This document shows positions 9,410-20,806 of a stretch of 60,662 nt of DNA, one piece after another. The position numbers and the translations under genes were made by a program. The stretch covers positions 1 through 60,662 of the forward strand of contig CALWOU010000005.1 in NCBI GenBank assembly GCA_944383245.1, given 5' to 3'. The notes under the pieces were generated by a model that worked only from the letters and a program-made list of their open reading frames with translations, did not search any database and had not been told where the DNA came from. Numbering within the stretch: position 1 is the stretch's first letter; every line of letters begins with the position of its first letter. This DNA comes from an uncultured Clostridia bacterium (lineage in GTDB: Bacteria > Bacillota > Clostridia > Christensenellales > UBA1242).

Positions 9410-12400
9410 TTAAGTTGTTTCGGGAGGTGCTGGAACACCACTTGTTGGAATCATAAACATTATGCTAAATGTTAAAGTATAAGTGTAATCTGAATTTTCT
9501 ATTGAATATTCGCAAGTGTAATCTATAGTTATAGATTGCCTACCCGCTTGCATTAACTCGTACAATGTTTCGTCGGCTAAAACTATACTTTCACTATTTA
9601 TAGTTGTGTATGTTGTAGTTTCGCCACCCTCAAGTTGAGTTGGAATTTCATGAAGAGTATCCTCAGAGCTTGGAATATCAGCAGGTTTTTTTACTAATTT
9701 TCCGTTATCCATTGAATAAACTTTGATTTTGCCAGCAAGGTCAAATATAGAATCATTAAATGAATCTATTTCGCCCGCTGTATCATAACTATAACTTGGA
9801 TTAACTTGATAGAAGTATGATTGGAAGGTTGATGAATAATCCATTGTTACAATTTTTGCATTTTCTGTGCTTGTTACTATATAATAGAAATCTGCTTGCA
9901 AATTGTATAGATCTCCTATACTACTTCTAAATGTTACTAAATTCAAATAATATTCAACACCATTAACATTAAATGTTGCTATATGGGTTCTATTAATATC
10001 GCTTACACCGCTTGAAGAAATCCAATTAGTGCCAGCTGCTACTAATGTCGGATCTTCTAATTTTCCGTCTCCTGCAACAACACCTATGATTTGCTCGGTC
10101 ATTCCGTCACTTAAAGTAAAGTCACTTTCAACACTAGACAATTCGCTTGCTAAGAAAATGCTACCTAGTGTGATATCGGTTGTTTTTGCTTCAAGTTTAG
10201 AATTACCATATAATCTAAAGCCTTCGCCATTAGAATATGCGCTAATAGTAACTTCACTTTCGCCACTATTGCTTATAACACTTAAATCTGCAGTAAGTTG
10301 ATTATTGAATTTAAGTGGTGCATTAGTGCCGTCATATAGCAATATACCAAATCTGCCATCGCCGATATAAGATAACTCAATTTCAACATAGCCATTTTCA
10401 TTAGATTCTGCTGCTAAGCCATTTTCGTTAAAGTTGCTAAACCTAATAGTGCTGATATTATTAATAAATGTTGCAAATTCATCTATAGAATTAAATTGAC
10501 TTGTGAATAGTGATTCAATGTTTCCGCCTTCATATCTACCACTAGTAGTTGACGAATTGATTGTATATTCTTCTGGACTTTCGCTATCTGGATTTATTGT
10601 GATAGTATTTTTATTTTCATCGATTTCATATTCATCTGTAATCTCTATATTATTTCTAGTTAGCACGATTACATTTTCGTCAGAATCATTTTTCTCCACA
10701 TATTGTGTAAATGTTCCATCGTCCGTTTCGTAAGTCACCATATAATAGAATAGGTCTAAATATTGATTGTTTCCATTTTCGTAAAGTGATTTGTCCACAT
10801 TCACTGAACTATCTGATTCTGCCGTTACTGATTGATTATTGTAAACCTTGTAAGTTACGTAATAAGGACCATTAATTTGACCAAAATACTCAACATTAAC
10901 TTGATAAATAACCAAATAATATTCACGAGCAGATTGAGTTGATTGTGCCACACTTGGAAGGGTTGTTCTAATAATGTTGTTATTAGATAACAAAGTTGCT
11001 GATGCTATTTGCGAACTGCCAACATTGAATAATGAACTTGCATTGAAATTATTTTCATATTCGTTAAATGGCAAAATCATATATTTAACATCTAAAGAAT
11101 CTTTACTTAAAGAGATTTCATTAGTTATGCTACCATCTTCTGATAATCTTCCGTTTGTGTTTGTCATTCTTAGACCGCTTGAACTTGCAGTTTGTAGTGA
11201 ATTTGCTAAATCTACTGACGAGTTAGAAGTGAATCCCTCGCCGTTTGATTTTGTAAGGATTGTGTTCGCGCCAAGGTTGTAGCGATACTCCATTGTTACA
11301 AATCCAAGCACATCGATATTCCAATTTACTGAATAATCTCCATTACCTGTATTTAAAGTTAGTTGCAAGATTATTCTGCCGGTTATATCTTTGTTTAAAA
11401 TGATTTTTTGATTATCTTCATCAATAGTCACTCCAAAATCTGAAATTTCTCTAATTGTAACACTGCCTAAATCTAAAGGTTCTCCATTTATTTTATTTTT
11501 TAGTAGTAGTTGCAACGCATAATAATAATCTTGATTATTGTATGTTATGGTTGTAATACTATCATTTGTTGAATTATATTTCATTGAATAAGGGAATTGT
11601 TTATTCTGATTAGTTGCATCAAGGTTGCTAGTTGTTAAAATATAATTGGTTGTGAATGCTGAATTTCCACTTAAAGTTTCTCCGTTAACAACAAATTCAA
11701 AGTTTACTAAAAGTGTGAAATGGTATTCCATAACTTTAACTATATAGCCATAACTATCTTTCACTTCGATTGTTAACACAACAGTTGTATCGCGAGGAAC
11801 AGCATTTGTGTTGATTAAATGACTAGATTCATTATACCTAAAAATGCCGTTATCTGTTAGACTAGTGATTGTAACACGTTGAGTGCCACCGATATTATAG
11901 TATGACCTGCCGTCTGTTACAATACTTACATCCTTTAGAGAAAGTGCTGAATCAGTATCAGGAGCTGGTGAAGTTGATCGATAATTTGACTCAAACGTTA
12001 TGTCTTTTAGTAAATTTATAGGTTGCGTTGCATAAATAGATTTAGATGCGGTTTCATAGTCTGATGAAATTGTGTAATTATACAAAATTATATTGTAGGT
12101 TGTTGAAATTTGACCGCCGGTGCCATATATTGTAAACGTCATATTTAAGGCATCAAATGGATTTATATTTGACCTCGACGCACTAATATAAATTCGGTTA
12201 TTCAAACCTAGACGTAAAGATACTTTATAATTGCCATTTAGCGTTGTGTCGTCTGGGTTTGTTGTGCTACCAGAATAAGTGAATGTGTAAGTTGTGCCAT
12301 AAGTGTCATCAAATGCAGACTTTTTTACCTCTGTGAATGGTGAATATTTAGATTCAGGGTCTTTTGAAGTGTCAAATTTATACCCTGCGCTTGTGATGAA

Positions 12401-15400
12401 GAAATCTAAGTTTCTACCATCTCTTAACGAACCAATTTCAGTTTCCTCTAACAACAAAATTTCGTTGGTTGATTTGTCGGCACTAATTTCGTCATTAATT
12501 AAAAGTGTTGCATAATCTGTGCGAGTTGTTGTTTCTGTTGTGTCTTCTGTTTTGTTTATGTAGCCTGCTGAATCAATTGTTGGATCAATTCCGATTGTGC
12601 TATCAGCAGATATAATTTGATAAGTGTAAGTAGTATTCACACCTGTTTTGTTAGATATAACTAACTGACTTAGAGTGTTGTTTGTTGGAGATAGAATATT
12701 TAAATCAAATAAGTCACTGTCCGCTTCATTCGCCACAACATTGCTATAATTGCCTGCGCTAAATGATAAGTAGTTTGGATTATCTCGATCATTAAATCCA
12801 ATACCGCTTATCTGCGCTTCATTTAGGTTGACTTTTTCATTATTCAAACCTATTAGAGAAATTCGCCTTGAATTTAAGAAATTGCTACCAGCAACATCAG
12901 TTATATTATTATCTTCATTTAGGTCATTTCCTAACAACGTGGTAACTAAATCTTCAACTTTGGAATTTCTTGCAACGTTTTCATACATTTGGCTTGCATT
13001 AGATGAGTTAATTAGATAACCCGCTTGTAGACCTTGATATGTTTGCGCAATGCGAATATAGAAAGTGATTGTTTGGTTTACTCCGCCCTCTTGATAATAA
13101 TCATCTCCTGCTTTTATGCGGATTGTTACTGCAATGTCTTTTGCTTGTGCGGAATGAACGAAGTCGATAGTGCTATCATCTCCGCTTATAGTGAAAGTAT
13201 CTTCGCCTTGCAAATTATTTACATAACTACTATCTGCTGAACTAATGCTATCTGTTGAACTAAATTCAAATTCTAGCACACTATCTACACTCGTTTTGAT
13301 ATTTAATCCACCAATTGTATACTCGCGATATAAAGCACTATCAGTTTCTGAATTGTCTGTTATAGTTATGCTACTTCCATTTGGTGATGAATATCTACTA
13401 TCTATATTTGTTGATTCTAGCGGATTTGATGCGCTATAACCTTTTGATCCTGCTGGGAATGAAACATAAATTCCGCTATTTACGTTTGCATAAACTGTTT
13501 TAACTAAGTTTTCGCCCGTTAAATCATCAAACGTTACAGTGAACGACCTAGTGTAGCGATTAGTTAAAAGTTCAAACTCGAAGTAAGACTCGCCATTTTC
13601 ATAAACATATGTAACTGCTCCGGTTGTGCCATTTCTTGAATATATTTCAACTTCGTTGCGTCCGTCTGTTGCTGATATTATGTTATTAGTTGATAGCGTT
13701 ACTTCGCCTTTTGCTAAATCTATTTTAATTGGATTTTCTGTCGAATTGATACTATCAATTGTTATAGTTTTATTATAATCGCCAACAATTTCGGTTAAAT
13801 TGACGCGGTTATTGAATTTTGTATTGTCAAACGCGCCTATATTGTTGATTGTTACTGCGTTGTTATTTATTTCTAGTTGATTGTATGTGTAATGCACTAT
13901 TAAAACAAATTTTGAGGCTGTTTCACCTTCACCGATTGTGTAAGTGTACTTAACACTAAATTCTAAGTCTTCATTACGAACATATTTTGATAATTTTATT
14001 GTGCTCTCTTCTATTTGAACAACAACATCTTCGCCATTTTTAATTGAATTAGTACTAGTATCAAGAGTAAAATCAGATGAGGAATTAACAGATATAATCT
14101 CCACTGAAGTTGGGTCGCTTGCAATATTGCCCTCAGAACCTCTCATTTGAACACCTTCAAACGGAACAACAACTTCATCTTCATTGATTGTTATGACGCG
14201 AGTGTACTGACCATTTGAAATTGGTGTGGGCTCATCATCTGGATTAGTAATTGTTGTTTGATGCTGTAAATTAGTGTCACTTAAAACTTCCTTATAAATT
14301 GGTTGAACATAGAAATTTAAAACACCTAAATTTAAAATTGAGAAAGTTGACACTCTCATAACCACACCAATTTTGATATTGGTATAATTATTTAAATTGG
14401 TTAATTGAGAGTCACCTAATTTGCTATATCTATTAGGATTTGTTTCGTTGAAGAAATCGCTTCCGTCTAACATTTCGGCTGATAACAAATAGAATTCAAG
14501 GCGCGAGAAATCGGCGCTTGTAAACTCAAGGTTTGCTAAATTTGTGCTTGTTGAAATCAATGATTTTCCTAAAACCGCGCCATTATCTACAAAACTTTTT
14601 CCGCAACTTGCTTCACTTGTTACAACCGTTGTTGAATCTGCGGTTGCATAATTGTTGTTTCCTCCGGTTTGGTTATATAATTGCACGTAGTAATATGCTA
14701 AATATCCTGACGTTGATTCTATTCTAAACACAATGTAGCCGTATGACCTAGAAGTGAAAGTTGAACTTGGATTGAATGTGATAGTTTTGTTTACGTTATC
14801 AATATCAATATTACCATTATTTATGTAATTATTAATATTCGACCTTGGCGACCAACCTGCTATTGAAATTTCAAAATTGAGATTATCGTCAATGGTATCC
14901 GGCACTGCGTTTTTAACTTGAACACGCGAAACATTCATAATCTCATCATAATCAAAATCGATAGTTTGATTAATCATTACAGGCTCAAACTTGAAATTCT
15001 TAACAGAATATTGATTATATTGACTAGTTGATGAAACAAATGTGCCATTATTTGAGCCGTCTAGTTCGTTTGCAAAGTGCAAATTAGTGCCAGAAGCATT
15101 TGAATCTACAAATCCATCACCAAAAGGATATTGAATAGAAACTGATTGCCTGTTTTGAATTTCGAAATCGCGAGGGAATGTGTAGGTGTATGATTGAGTG
15201 CTACCTTCACTTAATGGAATTTCGTATTTTATTTGATATGTGATTGTTACAACCTTAGTTGAACCAACAATTTCTGCTAAATCTACTAATAAACCGGTTT
15301 GTGTTTCGCTTCCTTTATCATAACCGCCACCTATGAAATCAGTAGATTTAAATGCAGAGTCATCACTCACTTTAGTCACAATAAATCTTGACACTATATC

Positions 15401-18400
15401 ATTAATATTATCAATATCATAAATATTTCTTAACAAATCATACTCACCATTTGAATAAGCAGTTTTGATATCATTTAATTCATTTGGAACATATGGAGAA
15501 ATTGTGATTCCATCCTCTGTTGTTGTTTGATAAATTAGAATTTCACCACCAACTGAGAATGTAAATCTCAATATAACGTTATTTAGTTGTTCGATACGAC
15601 CTGTGGTTGTGCTAAACCTAAACATCTGCGTTGAAATATCGTAATTAACGTCTATTTGAGGAATCTCATCTGGTGTGAGATATTCAACAGACTGCAATTC
15701 TATTGTTTCGCTTTCGCCCGTTGGATTAGTGTTAGTTGGATTGGCAAAATTAATCACTGTTTCAGCCATATATGTGGTTTCTTTTTTCAATGAATAAGTG
15801 TATTTATTAGAAATAGTAACATCTATTAAACCTAAATTATATGTTCCATAATTAAATGTTAATGTTTCACTTAAACTAGAACCTATTTGCTGAATCCAAC
15901 CTGTGGAAATTTTGAAATCTTCCTTATTAAGTGTAAATAGTGAATTAGTTGATAAATTTGAAGTCATTGAGATATTTTCGCCAAATACTGTTGAATAATC
16001 TTCAGTTTCAACTTCAACTAAATCTGAATCTAAATAAACTTCTCCTGTACCCTCGCCATATACTTTGGTTGTTTTGTATTGGCTAATCGTTACAAAGTTA
16101 CTTAAATTATAAGTGCTATCGCTTACAATTGTTGAATCTTCGCCTATTATATTAGAGTTTGCGCTTAATAAAATGTTTGGAATTACAGTGATTGTTCTTC
16201 TTTCAATTTCTGCGTCATCCAACACAAATGAAACAACATAATTTCCAAGTTTTTCAAAGGTTATAACATCTTCAATTGCGTTCGCTTCTGTTGACGAACT
16301 TGTTAAATTGACAGGCTGATTATCAGGACCTGTTACATTAATACTTATACCTGCTGTTGGCGTTGTTGAGTTGATTCTAAAAATTGAGTTGTTGCTAAAT
16401 GTGTTGTTACCACTCATTTCAAAAAGCAATGCGCTTGTGCCTTGATAATAATTTGACCAACTATTATTTTGATTGATTGTTATTGAAGAGGTGAATTTAA
16501 TAGTTACTCGTTCAAGACTACCTGTTGGAGTTACTACCTTAAATCTAATATTTAAATTAGCAGTTTGGAATCTTTCGCGAGTGAAAGTCCACCCTGTTGA
16601 AGATTTTACAACTCGAAGCACAATTTCTGCCGTATCGTCAGGATTTATTGTTTCGGTTTGAATAGTAAAGCCATTTTCATTTTCAATAACTTCAAGATTT
16701 CTACCGCCACCAAAATATGTAACTTCTAAATTTTCAATGTTAACGTGGCTATTTGATGAAATATCTGTTCCATCGTATGTGTAATTAATAATTTCATTTA
16801 GGTTGCAACTATTTGAACTAATTTGAGAGTTTTTAGTGCTTAGACTAAACATTCCGTCCGTTTCAACAACAACAACAATTCTTAAATATTTTGCAGATTG
16901 ACTATCTGATTCAATCATAATTGTAACTTCTCCGACTGAATTTATAGATATTGCACCCTCATCATTAAACGAGATTACGTTTGAATTTAAACTTGTGTAG
17001 TCCAAATTATGTGTGATATTAGGAAGATATTCTGGATTGAATATATCTGATATAATAGAACGTACTTTAAATCCATTAGTTGTGTTGTTATCTGAAGTTG
17101 CATTAAAGAAAGTTGAATCAATTAAAATTCTAGCTCTATTCTCTTCTGTTATTAAATAATAATTGTAAACATATTCATTTGTTTCAACATTATAACTAAC
17201 TTCAACTTTAATATAGTTTGGTGAATTTTCTGCACCTCTAGGATTATCGCTTAAATCGATTTCGTTGTTAGTTACAACTCCGTCCGAACCTGTGGTAGTA
17301 TAGACCAAATCAATATCGGTTGGCGCCGTGCTAATAATATAGATTGGTGCGCTTTCAATCATTCTTCCGTTGTAAGTTAAACATAATTTTAAATAGTAGT
17401 CAGGATTAGATAAACTTCCGCGTACATCATAATTAATTATAAGTGCGGACTCATCTTCGCTAAGACTAATATCACCCAAAAACAATCCATTTTGGAAATT
17501 ATCACTTAGAAGTGATCCGTTATCACTATATAGGCGCACGGAAAGATTAGAACTATCAAAGTCCGCATTAAACATATTTTTAATCATATCTTGAACATTT
17601 GGTGCAGATAATGATATAACGTGAGAAGTGGTATTTTCCACAATATTTACTCTTCCTTGATTATCTATGACAATATTGTTATCTACACCAATTTCATTTC
17701 TTTCATTATAATTAAACTGAATTTCGCTTTTTATTATTGAATAAGATACACTTACACTCACTTCGCGAGATGTTGAAACAGCATCATCAACCACGTCTGC
17801 TAGCCCAGATGAATTGGTTTTGTTTGCTAAAACAACTTCTTCTTGAGTTGAACCTTGATCGCTTTCAGTTTCTATAAAGAAATTAACAAGGTTAAATTCG
17901 CTAACTGTTTGATCATTTGATAATTCTACAACAAGTAAACCCTCTTCAATTTCTGCGCTAACAACAGTTATATCCTGCACATCAACAAGGTTTGCACTAA
18001 CTAAAACATTATTTTCTTCGTCTATTGAATATTTTATATTCAAAGTTGCGTTGGTGTTAGTGGTTTCGCCGTCAGGGTTGTTAGACTCTAAACTAAATGA
18101 ATATTTTGCAAACACATTTTCATTATAAATAATGTTATTTATATATTCTTCTGCAGTTTGATTATATTGATTTCTTAGTTGAATGAAGTAAAGGGTTGTG
18201 TCCGTGTTGGTTGCTCCCTTTCTAACTTTCACAACGTTTTGATAACTTCCACCTTCAAACGTGCCTACTAACACATATTTATTGCCCGTTCTATCAATAA
18301 AAGTTACACCTTCCAAAACTTCAACATCATAATTACCTTCAGCACTATGTGGAGTTACAAACACGCAGGCGTCATATGTTCCTTCCACAATATTAACTAT

Positions 18401-20281
18401 TTCATCAAAGTTCATACTGTCGTACACAGGAACAAAGTTATCTTCTCCTGCGCTAACGTAATCAACGTTTAAAGTGATTTCGTCACCATTAACAAATTCA
18501 GGGTCTAAGGCTAATTCTTGAATATTAACATCAACAAAGTCAAAGTAGCTTTCGCCATTTGCGTTTACAACCAAAATTCCAAGCACCAAGTTTTCGTTTG
18601 TTGCTAAACTTGGAATAGGATTGTTTTGCATAATGATATTAAATGTTTTTTCTCTACCTGAGCCAACAGAAGTTACCGAATACTCTATATTATCAAATTT
18701 ATAATACTTTTGAGTGTCATAATCATAAATATAAAACTCTAAATAACTACCTGTTTTCAAAAGTGTGAGATTTTTGATGCTTTCGCCAATATCTAAGAAA
18801 GTCACTCCTGAGCTTGCCATAAATTCTATAGTTGCCAAATTATATTCGCAAGTGAATTTTTTAATCAATATTTTATCTAGGTTTTCAACATCTCCGTCCA
18901 CACTTCTTTCCAAAGCGATATTAGACGTTTCAATTGTGAGAGTTAAAACAACCTCTGTTGGATTACCTCTACCATAAATTTCTAACACATAATTTGAATC
19001 ACTTTCTAAAATCTGATAACTGAACACATTGTCTGGTGAGTTATATCCAAATCCTTCTAAAACTGCTTGTTGAGTTATTCCATCATTTGTTAGCACAATT
19101 GAATAAGTTCCGTCCGTTGATTCAAGAGTGATTCTATCAGTTTGGAAATTGCTATCCATCGTGAAATCAACCTCATTGAAACGAGAGAATGTTTCACGGT
19201 CGTTTTGCAGCATATATAAACCTAAATTGTTAGGAGTTGCATCGTCTAAACTTGATAGAGTCATACTAGACTCATCATATAAATTAAATGAAATTCCTGA
19301 AGACTCAAATCCAACTTCTTCAATATCTGAATTTACAACGTTGAACACAACTGTTGTGTTAACCATATTGTTTAGGCGTTCAAAATTGCTGTCGGTTAGA
19401 TTTGATTCGTCCGATAAATATGCCTCTCTTGATGCATATGTGTCAAACACTGCAATTTTAAATGTGTAACTTCCAGCATCTGCTGTTTCAAAATACATTT
19501 GATTTGTGTCTTGATCTAAATGCAAAAAATTATAATCTGTTATATTGTCATTATCAATTAAAACATACTCATTTGAATCAAAATAATAAATTTCAACAAT
19601 TTTTTCTTCCTCTCTGCTTATTGGTCTTAATGAATAATTTGGCTCGACTAATATATCAAAATATTGGCTTACTTCCAATCCAATTGGAATAGTTTGAATA
19701 GTTTCGTTGGCTTCATTTGTTGTCTCGCCTACTATTATAGGGTTTTCGCCGTTATACTCGCCTATAAAAATTTCATCAATCTTTCTATCAACCCAAATTG
19801 TTAGTTGATTGCTTTGATGTTGACCTCGCTCATCACGCGCTTGGATTAAAATTCTACCATATGTACTATCATTAAAGTGAGATGCACCGATACTTTTCAA
19901 TTTGTAATAAATTCTTTCGTTGCACTGCACTAAATAACGATTTGGATATCTGTTGCCATTTTCATCCACATATTCGGTTAAGTTTTCGCCGTTTGAAGAG
20001 CAAAGTTGAATAAGGTCTGTTCCGTCTAAAACGTCGATAAAACAATTTTTTTGGTTTACTTCGTTTTCGCTATTTGAATATCCGTTTAATATAAAATAAT
20101 ACAATCCGTTTTGATTGTCGTTTACAATTGTTTGCTCGCTTTCAACAAATTCTAGGCGAGACGGATACACAACAGGTGTTCTGAATCTGCCCATTAGTGC
20201 GTAAACACCAATAACAGCGCCCGCAAAAACAAGCGCCGAACCTAAAACTATTCCAATTATTGCAAAAACTCTTTTTACCAT
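9410..20281 (-). CDS. Giant (3623 aa) N-terminally membrane-anchored, acidic, beta-rich extracellular protein
   Basis: Uninterrupted 10.9-kb ORF; SD GTAGGGG; N-terminal hydrophobic helix; rich in S/T/N/D/E; one Big_2-like segment (YTSLNSNVISFNDEGAISINSVGEVTIMIES). Confidence 0.85.
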   Translation of the reverse strand: MVKRVFAIIGIVLGSALVFAGAVIGVYALMGRFRTPVVYPSRLEFVESEQTIVNDNQNGLYYFILNGYSNSENEVNQKNCFIDVLDGTDLIQLCSSNGENLTEYVDENGNRYPNRYLVQCNERIYYKLKSIGASHFNDSTYGRILIQARDERGQHQSNQLTIWVDRKIDEIFIGEYNGENPIIVGETTNEANETIQTIPIGLEVSQYFDILVEPNYSLRPISREEEKIVEIYYFDSNEYVLIDNDNITDYNFLHLDQDTNQMYFETADAGSYTFKIAVFDTYASREAYLSDESNLTDSNFERLNNMVNTTVVFNVVNSDIEEVGFESSGISFNLYDESSMTLSSLDDATPNNLGLYMLQNDRETFSRFNEVDFTMDSNFQTDRITLESTDGTYSIVLTNDGITQQAVLEGFGYNSPDNVFSYQILESDSNYVLEIYGRGNPTEVVLTLTIETSNIALERSVDGDVENLDKILIKKFTCEYNLATIEFMASSGVTFLDIGESIKNLTLLKTGSYLEFYIYDYDTQKYYKFDNIEYSVTSVGSGREKTFNIIMQNNPIPSLATNENLVLGILVVNANGESYFDFVDVNIQELALDPEFVNGDEITLNVDYVSAGEDNFVPVYDSMNFDEIVNIVEGTYDACVFVTPHSAEGNYDVEVLEGVTFIDRTGNKYVLVGTFEGGSYQNVVKVRKGATNTDTTLYFIQLRNQYNQTAEEYINNIIYNENVFAKYSFSLESNNPDGETTNTNATLNIKYSIDEENNVLVSANLVDVQDITVVSAEIEEGLLVVELSNDQTVSEFNLVNFFIETESDQGSTQEEVVLANKTNSSGLADVVDDAVSTSREVSVSVSYSIIKSEIQFNYNERNEIGVDNNIVIDNQGRVNIVENTTSHVISLSAPNVQDMIKNMFNADFDSSNLSVRLYSDNGSLLSDNFQNGLFLGDISLSEDESALIINYDVRGSLSNPDYYLKLCLTYNGRMIESAPIYIISTAPTDIDLVYTTTGSDGVVTNNEIDLSDNPRGAENSPNYIKVEVSYNVETNEYVYNYYLITEENRARILIDSTFFNATSDNNTTNGFKVRSIISDIFNPEYLPNITHNLDYTSLNSNVISFNDEGAISINSVGEVTIMIESDSQSAKYLRIVVVVETDGMFSLSTKNSQISSNSCNLNEIINYTYDGTDISSNSHVNIENLEVTYFGGGRNLEVIENENGFTIQTETINPDDTAEIVLRVVKSSTGWTFTRERFQTANLNIRFKVVTPTGSLERVTIKFTSSITINQNNSWSNYYQGTSALLFEMSGNNTFSNNSIFRINSTTPTAGISINVTGPDNQPVNLTSSSTEANAIEDVITFEKLGNYVVSFVLDDAEIERRTITVIPNILLSANSNIIGEDSTIVSDSTYNLSNFVTISQYKTTKVYGEGTGEVYLDSDLVEVETEDYSTVFGENISMTSNLSTNSLFTLNKEDFKISTGWIQQIGSSLSETLTFNYGTYNLGLIDVTISNKYTYSLKKETTYMAETVINFANPTNTNPTGESETIELQSVEYLTPDEIPQIDVNYDISTQMFRFSTTTGRIEQLNNVILRFTFSVGGEILIYQTTTEDGITISPYVPNELNDIKTAYSNGEYDLLRNIYDIDNINDIVSRFIVTKVSDDSAFKSTDFIGGGYDKGSETQTGLLVDLAEIVGSTKVVTITYQIKYEIPLSEGSTQSYTYTFPRDFEIQNRQSVSIQYPFGDGFVDSNASGTNLHFANELDGSNNGTFVSSTSQYNQYSVKNFKFEPVMINQTIDFDYDEIMNVSRVQVKNAVPDTIDDNLNFEISIAGWSPRSNINNYINNGNIDIDNVNKTITFNPSSTFTSRSYGYIVFRIESTSGYLAYYYVQLYNQTGGNNNYATADSTTVVTSEASCGKSFVDNGAVLGKSLISTSTNLANLEFTSADFSRLEFYLLSAEMLDGSDFFNETNPNRYSKLGDSQLTNLNNYTNIKIGVVMRVSTFSILNLGVLNFYVQPIYKEVLSDTNLQHQTTITNPDDEPTPISNGQYTRVITINEDEVVVPFEGVQMRGSEGNIASDPTSVEIISVNSSSDFTLDTSTNSIKNGEDVVVQIEESTIKLSKYVRNEDLEFSVKYTYTIGEGETASKFVLIVHYTYNQLEINNNAVTINNIGAFDNTKFNNRVNLTEIVGDYNKTITIDSINSTENPIKIDLAKGEVTLSTNNIISATDGRNEVEIYSRNGTTGAVTYVYENGESYFEFELLTNRYTRSFTVTFDDLTGENLVKTVYANVNSGIYVSFPAGSKGYSASNPLESTNIDSRYSSPNGSSITITDNSETDSALYREYTIGGLNIKTSVDSVLEFEFSSTDSISSADSSYVNNLQGEDTFTISGDDSTIDFVHSAQAKDIAVTIRIKAGDDYYQEGGVNQTITFYIRIAQTYQGLQAGYLINSSNASQMYENVARNSKVEDLVTTLLGNDLNEDNNITDVAGSNFLNSRRISLIGLNNEKVNLNEAQISGIGFNDRDNPNYLSFSAGNYSNVVANEADSDLFDLNILSPTNNTLSQLVISNKTGVNTTYTYQIISADSTIGIDPTIDSAGYINKTEDTTETTTRTDYATLLINDEISADKSTNEILLLEETEIGSLRDGRNLDFFITSAGYKFDTSKDPESKYSPFTEVKKSAFDDTYGTTYTFTYSGSTTNPDDTTLNGNYKVSLRLGLNNRIYISASRSNINPFDALNMTFTIYGTGGQISTTYNIILYNYTISSDYETASKSIYATQPINLLKDITFESNYRSTSPAPDTDSALSLKDVSIVTDGRSYYNIGGTQRVTITSLTDNGIFRYNESSHLINTNAVPRDTTVVLTIEVKDSYGYIVKVMEYHFTLLVNFEFVVNGETLSGNSAFTTNYILTTSNLDATNQNKQFPYSMKYNSTNDSITTITYNNQDYYYALQLLLKNKINGEPLDLGSVTIREISDFGVTIDEDNQKIILNKDITGRIILQLTLNTGNGDYSVNWNIDVLGFVTMEYRYNLGANTILTKSNGEGFTSNSSVDLANSLQTASSSGLRMTNTNGRLSEDGSITNEISLSKDSLDVKYMILPFNEYENNFNASSLFNVGSSQIASATLLSNNNIIRTTLPSVAQSTQSAREYYLVIYQVNVEYFGQINGPYYVTYKVYNNQSVTAESDSSVNVDKSLYENGNNQYLDLFYYMVTYETDDGTFTQYVEKNDSDENVIVLTRNNIEITDEYEIDENKNTITINPDSESPEEYTINSSTTSGRYEGGNIESLFTSQFNSIDEFATFINNISTIRFSNFNENGLAAESNENGYVEIELSYIGDGRFGILLYDGTNAPLKFNNQLTADLSVISNSGESEVTISAYSNGEGFRLYGNSKLEAKTTDITLGSIFLASELSSVESDFTLSDGMTEQIIGVVAGDGKLEDPTLVAAGTNWISSSGVSDINRTHIATFNVNGVEYYLNLVTFRSSIGDLYNLQADFYYIVTSTENAKIVTMDYSSTFQSYFYQVNPSYSYDTAGEIDSFNDSIFDLAGKIKVYSMDNGKLVKKPADIPSSEDTLHEIPTQLEGGETTTYTTINSESIVLADETLYELMQAGRQSITIDYTCEYSIENSDYTYTLTFSIMFMIPTSGVPAPPETT

Positions 20282-20467
20282 AACCCCTACCTAATGAAGA
20301 TAAAACAATAAAGGACGAATTATTGTTATTATCTACAAATTCTTACAAAATAATTACATACATTTAAATTTTATTTTTCCACCTAATAAAAACAAAATTT
20401 AAATTTTTGAAGTTATCATTTGTTTTTAAATTTGAATCAAATGTAAATTGAAATTAACTTCTAGTTA

Positions 20468-20497
20468 ATTATAATATTTTTAAATATTTAAAGTCAA
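20468..20497 (-). promoter_or_regulatory. SigmaA-like promoter of the giant-protein gene
   Basis: TTGACT-N18-TATAAT, implying a ~180-nt 5' UTR. Confidence 0.55.
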
Positions 20498-20806
20498 ATA
20501 AAATCATCTAAAATAAAAAAGAAAAACAAGTAAACGCGCTTGTTTTAAATAGTTACAATAAAAATAAGTTTTTATTAAAAATTTTTTAAAAATCATAAAA
20601 ATTTAATAAAAATTTAATTTTTTTTATAAAAATTTCGTGTTTTTTGATTATTTTTTTAATTTTTTTATTGTTTTCACATATTTTGGTTGTTGAATTGGAT
20701 AAATTTTTAACGTTTTGTAAATTTTAGATTTTTTTAAATTTAGATTTTTTATTTCTTTAAATTTAGATCCTTACTTTCTTTAAATTTAATTATGTTAACC
20801 TTTTTT

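Noticed and set aside
9410-9455. IPTSG near the C-terminus of the giant protein as a sortase signal
   Set aside because: Not LPxTG, and not followed by a TM helix and basic tail.
20710-20790. Short repeats (TTTAAATTTAGAT) as a CRISPR or iteron array
   Set aside because: Low-complexity, degenerate and without unique spacers; no cas or rep genes nearby. The same applies to the repeats at ~32780-32845.
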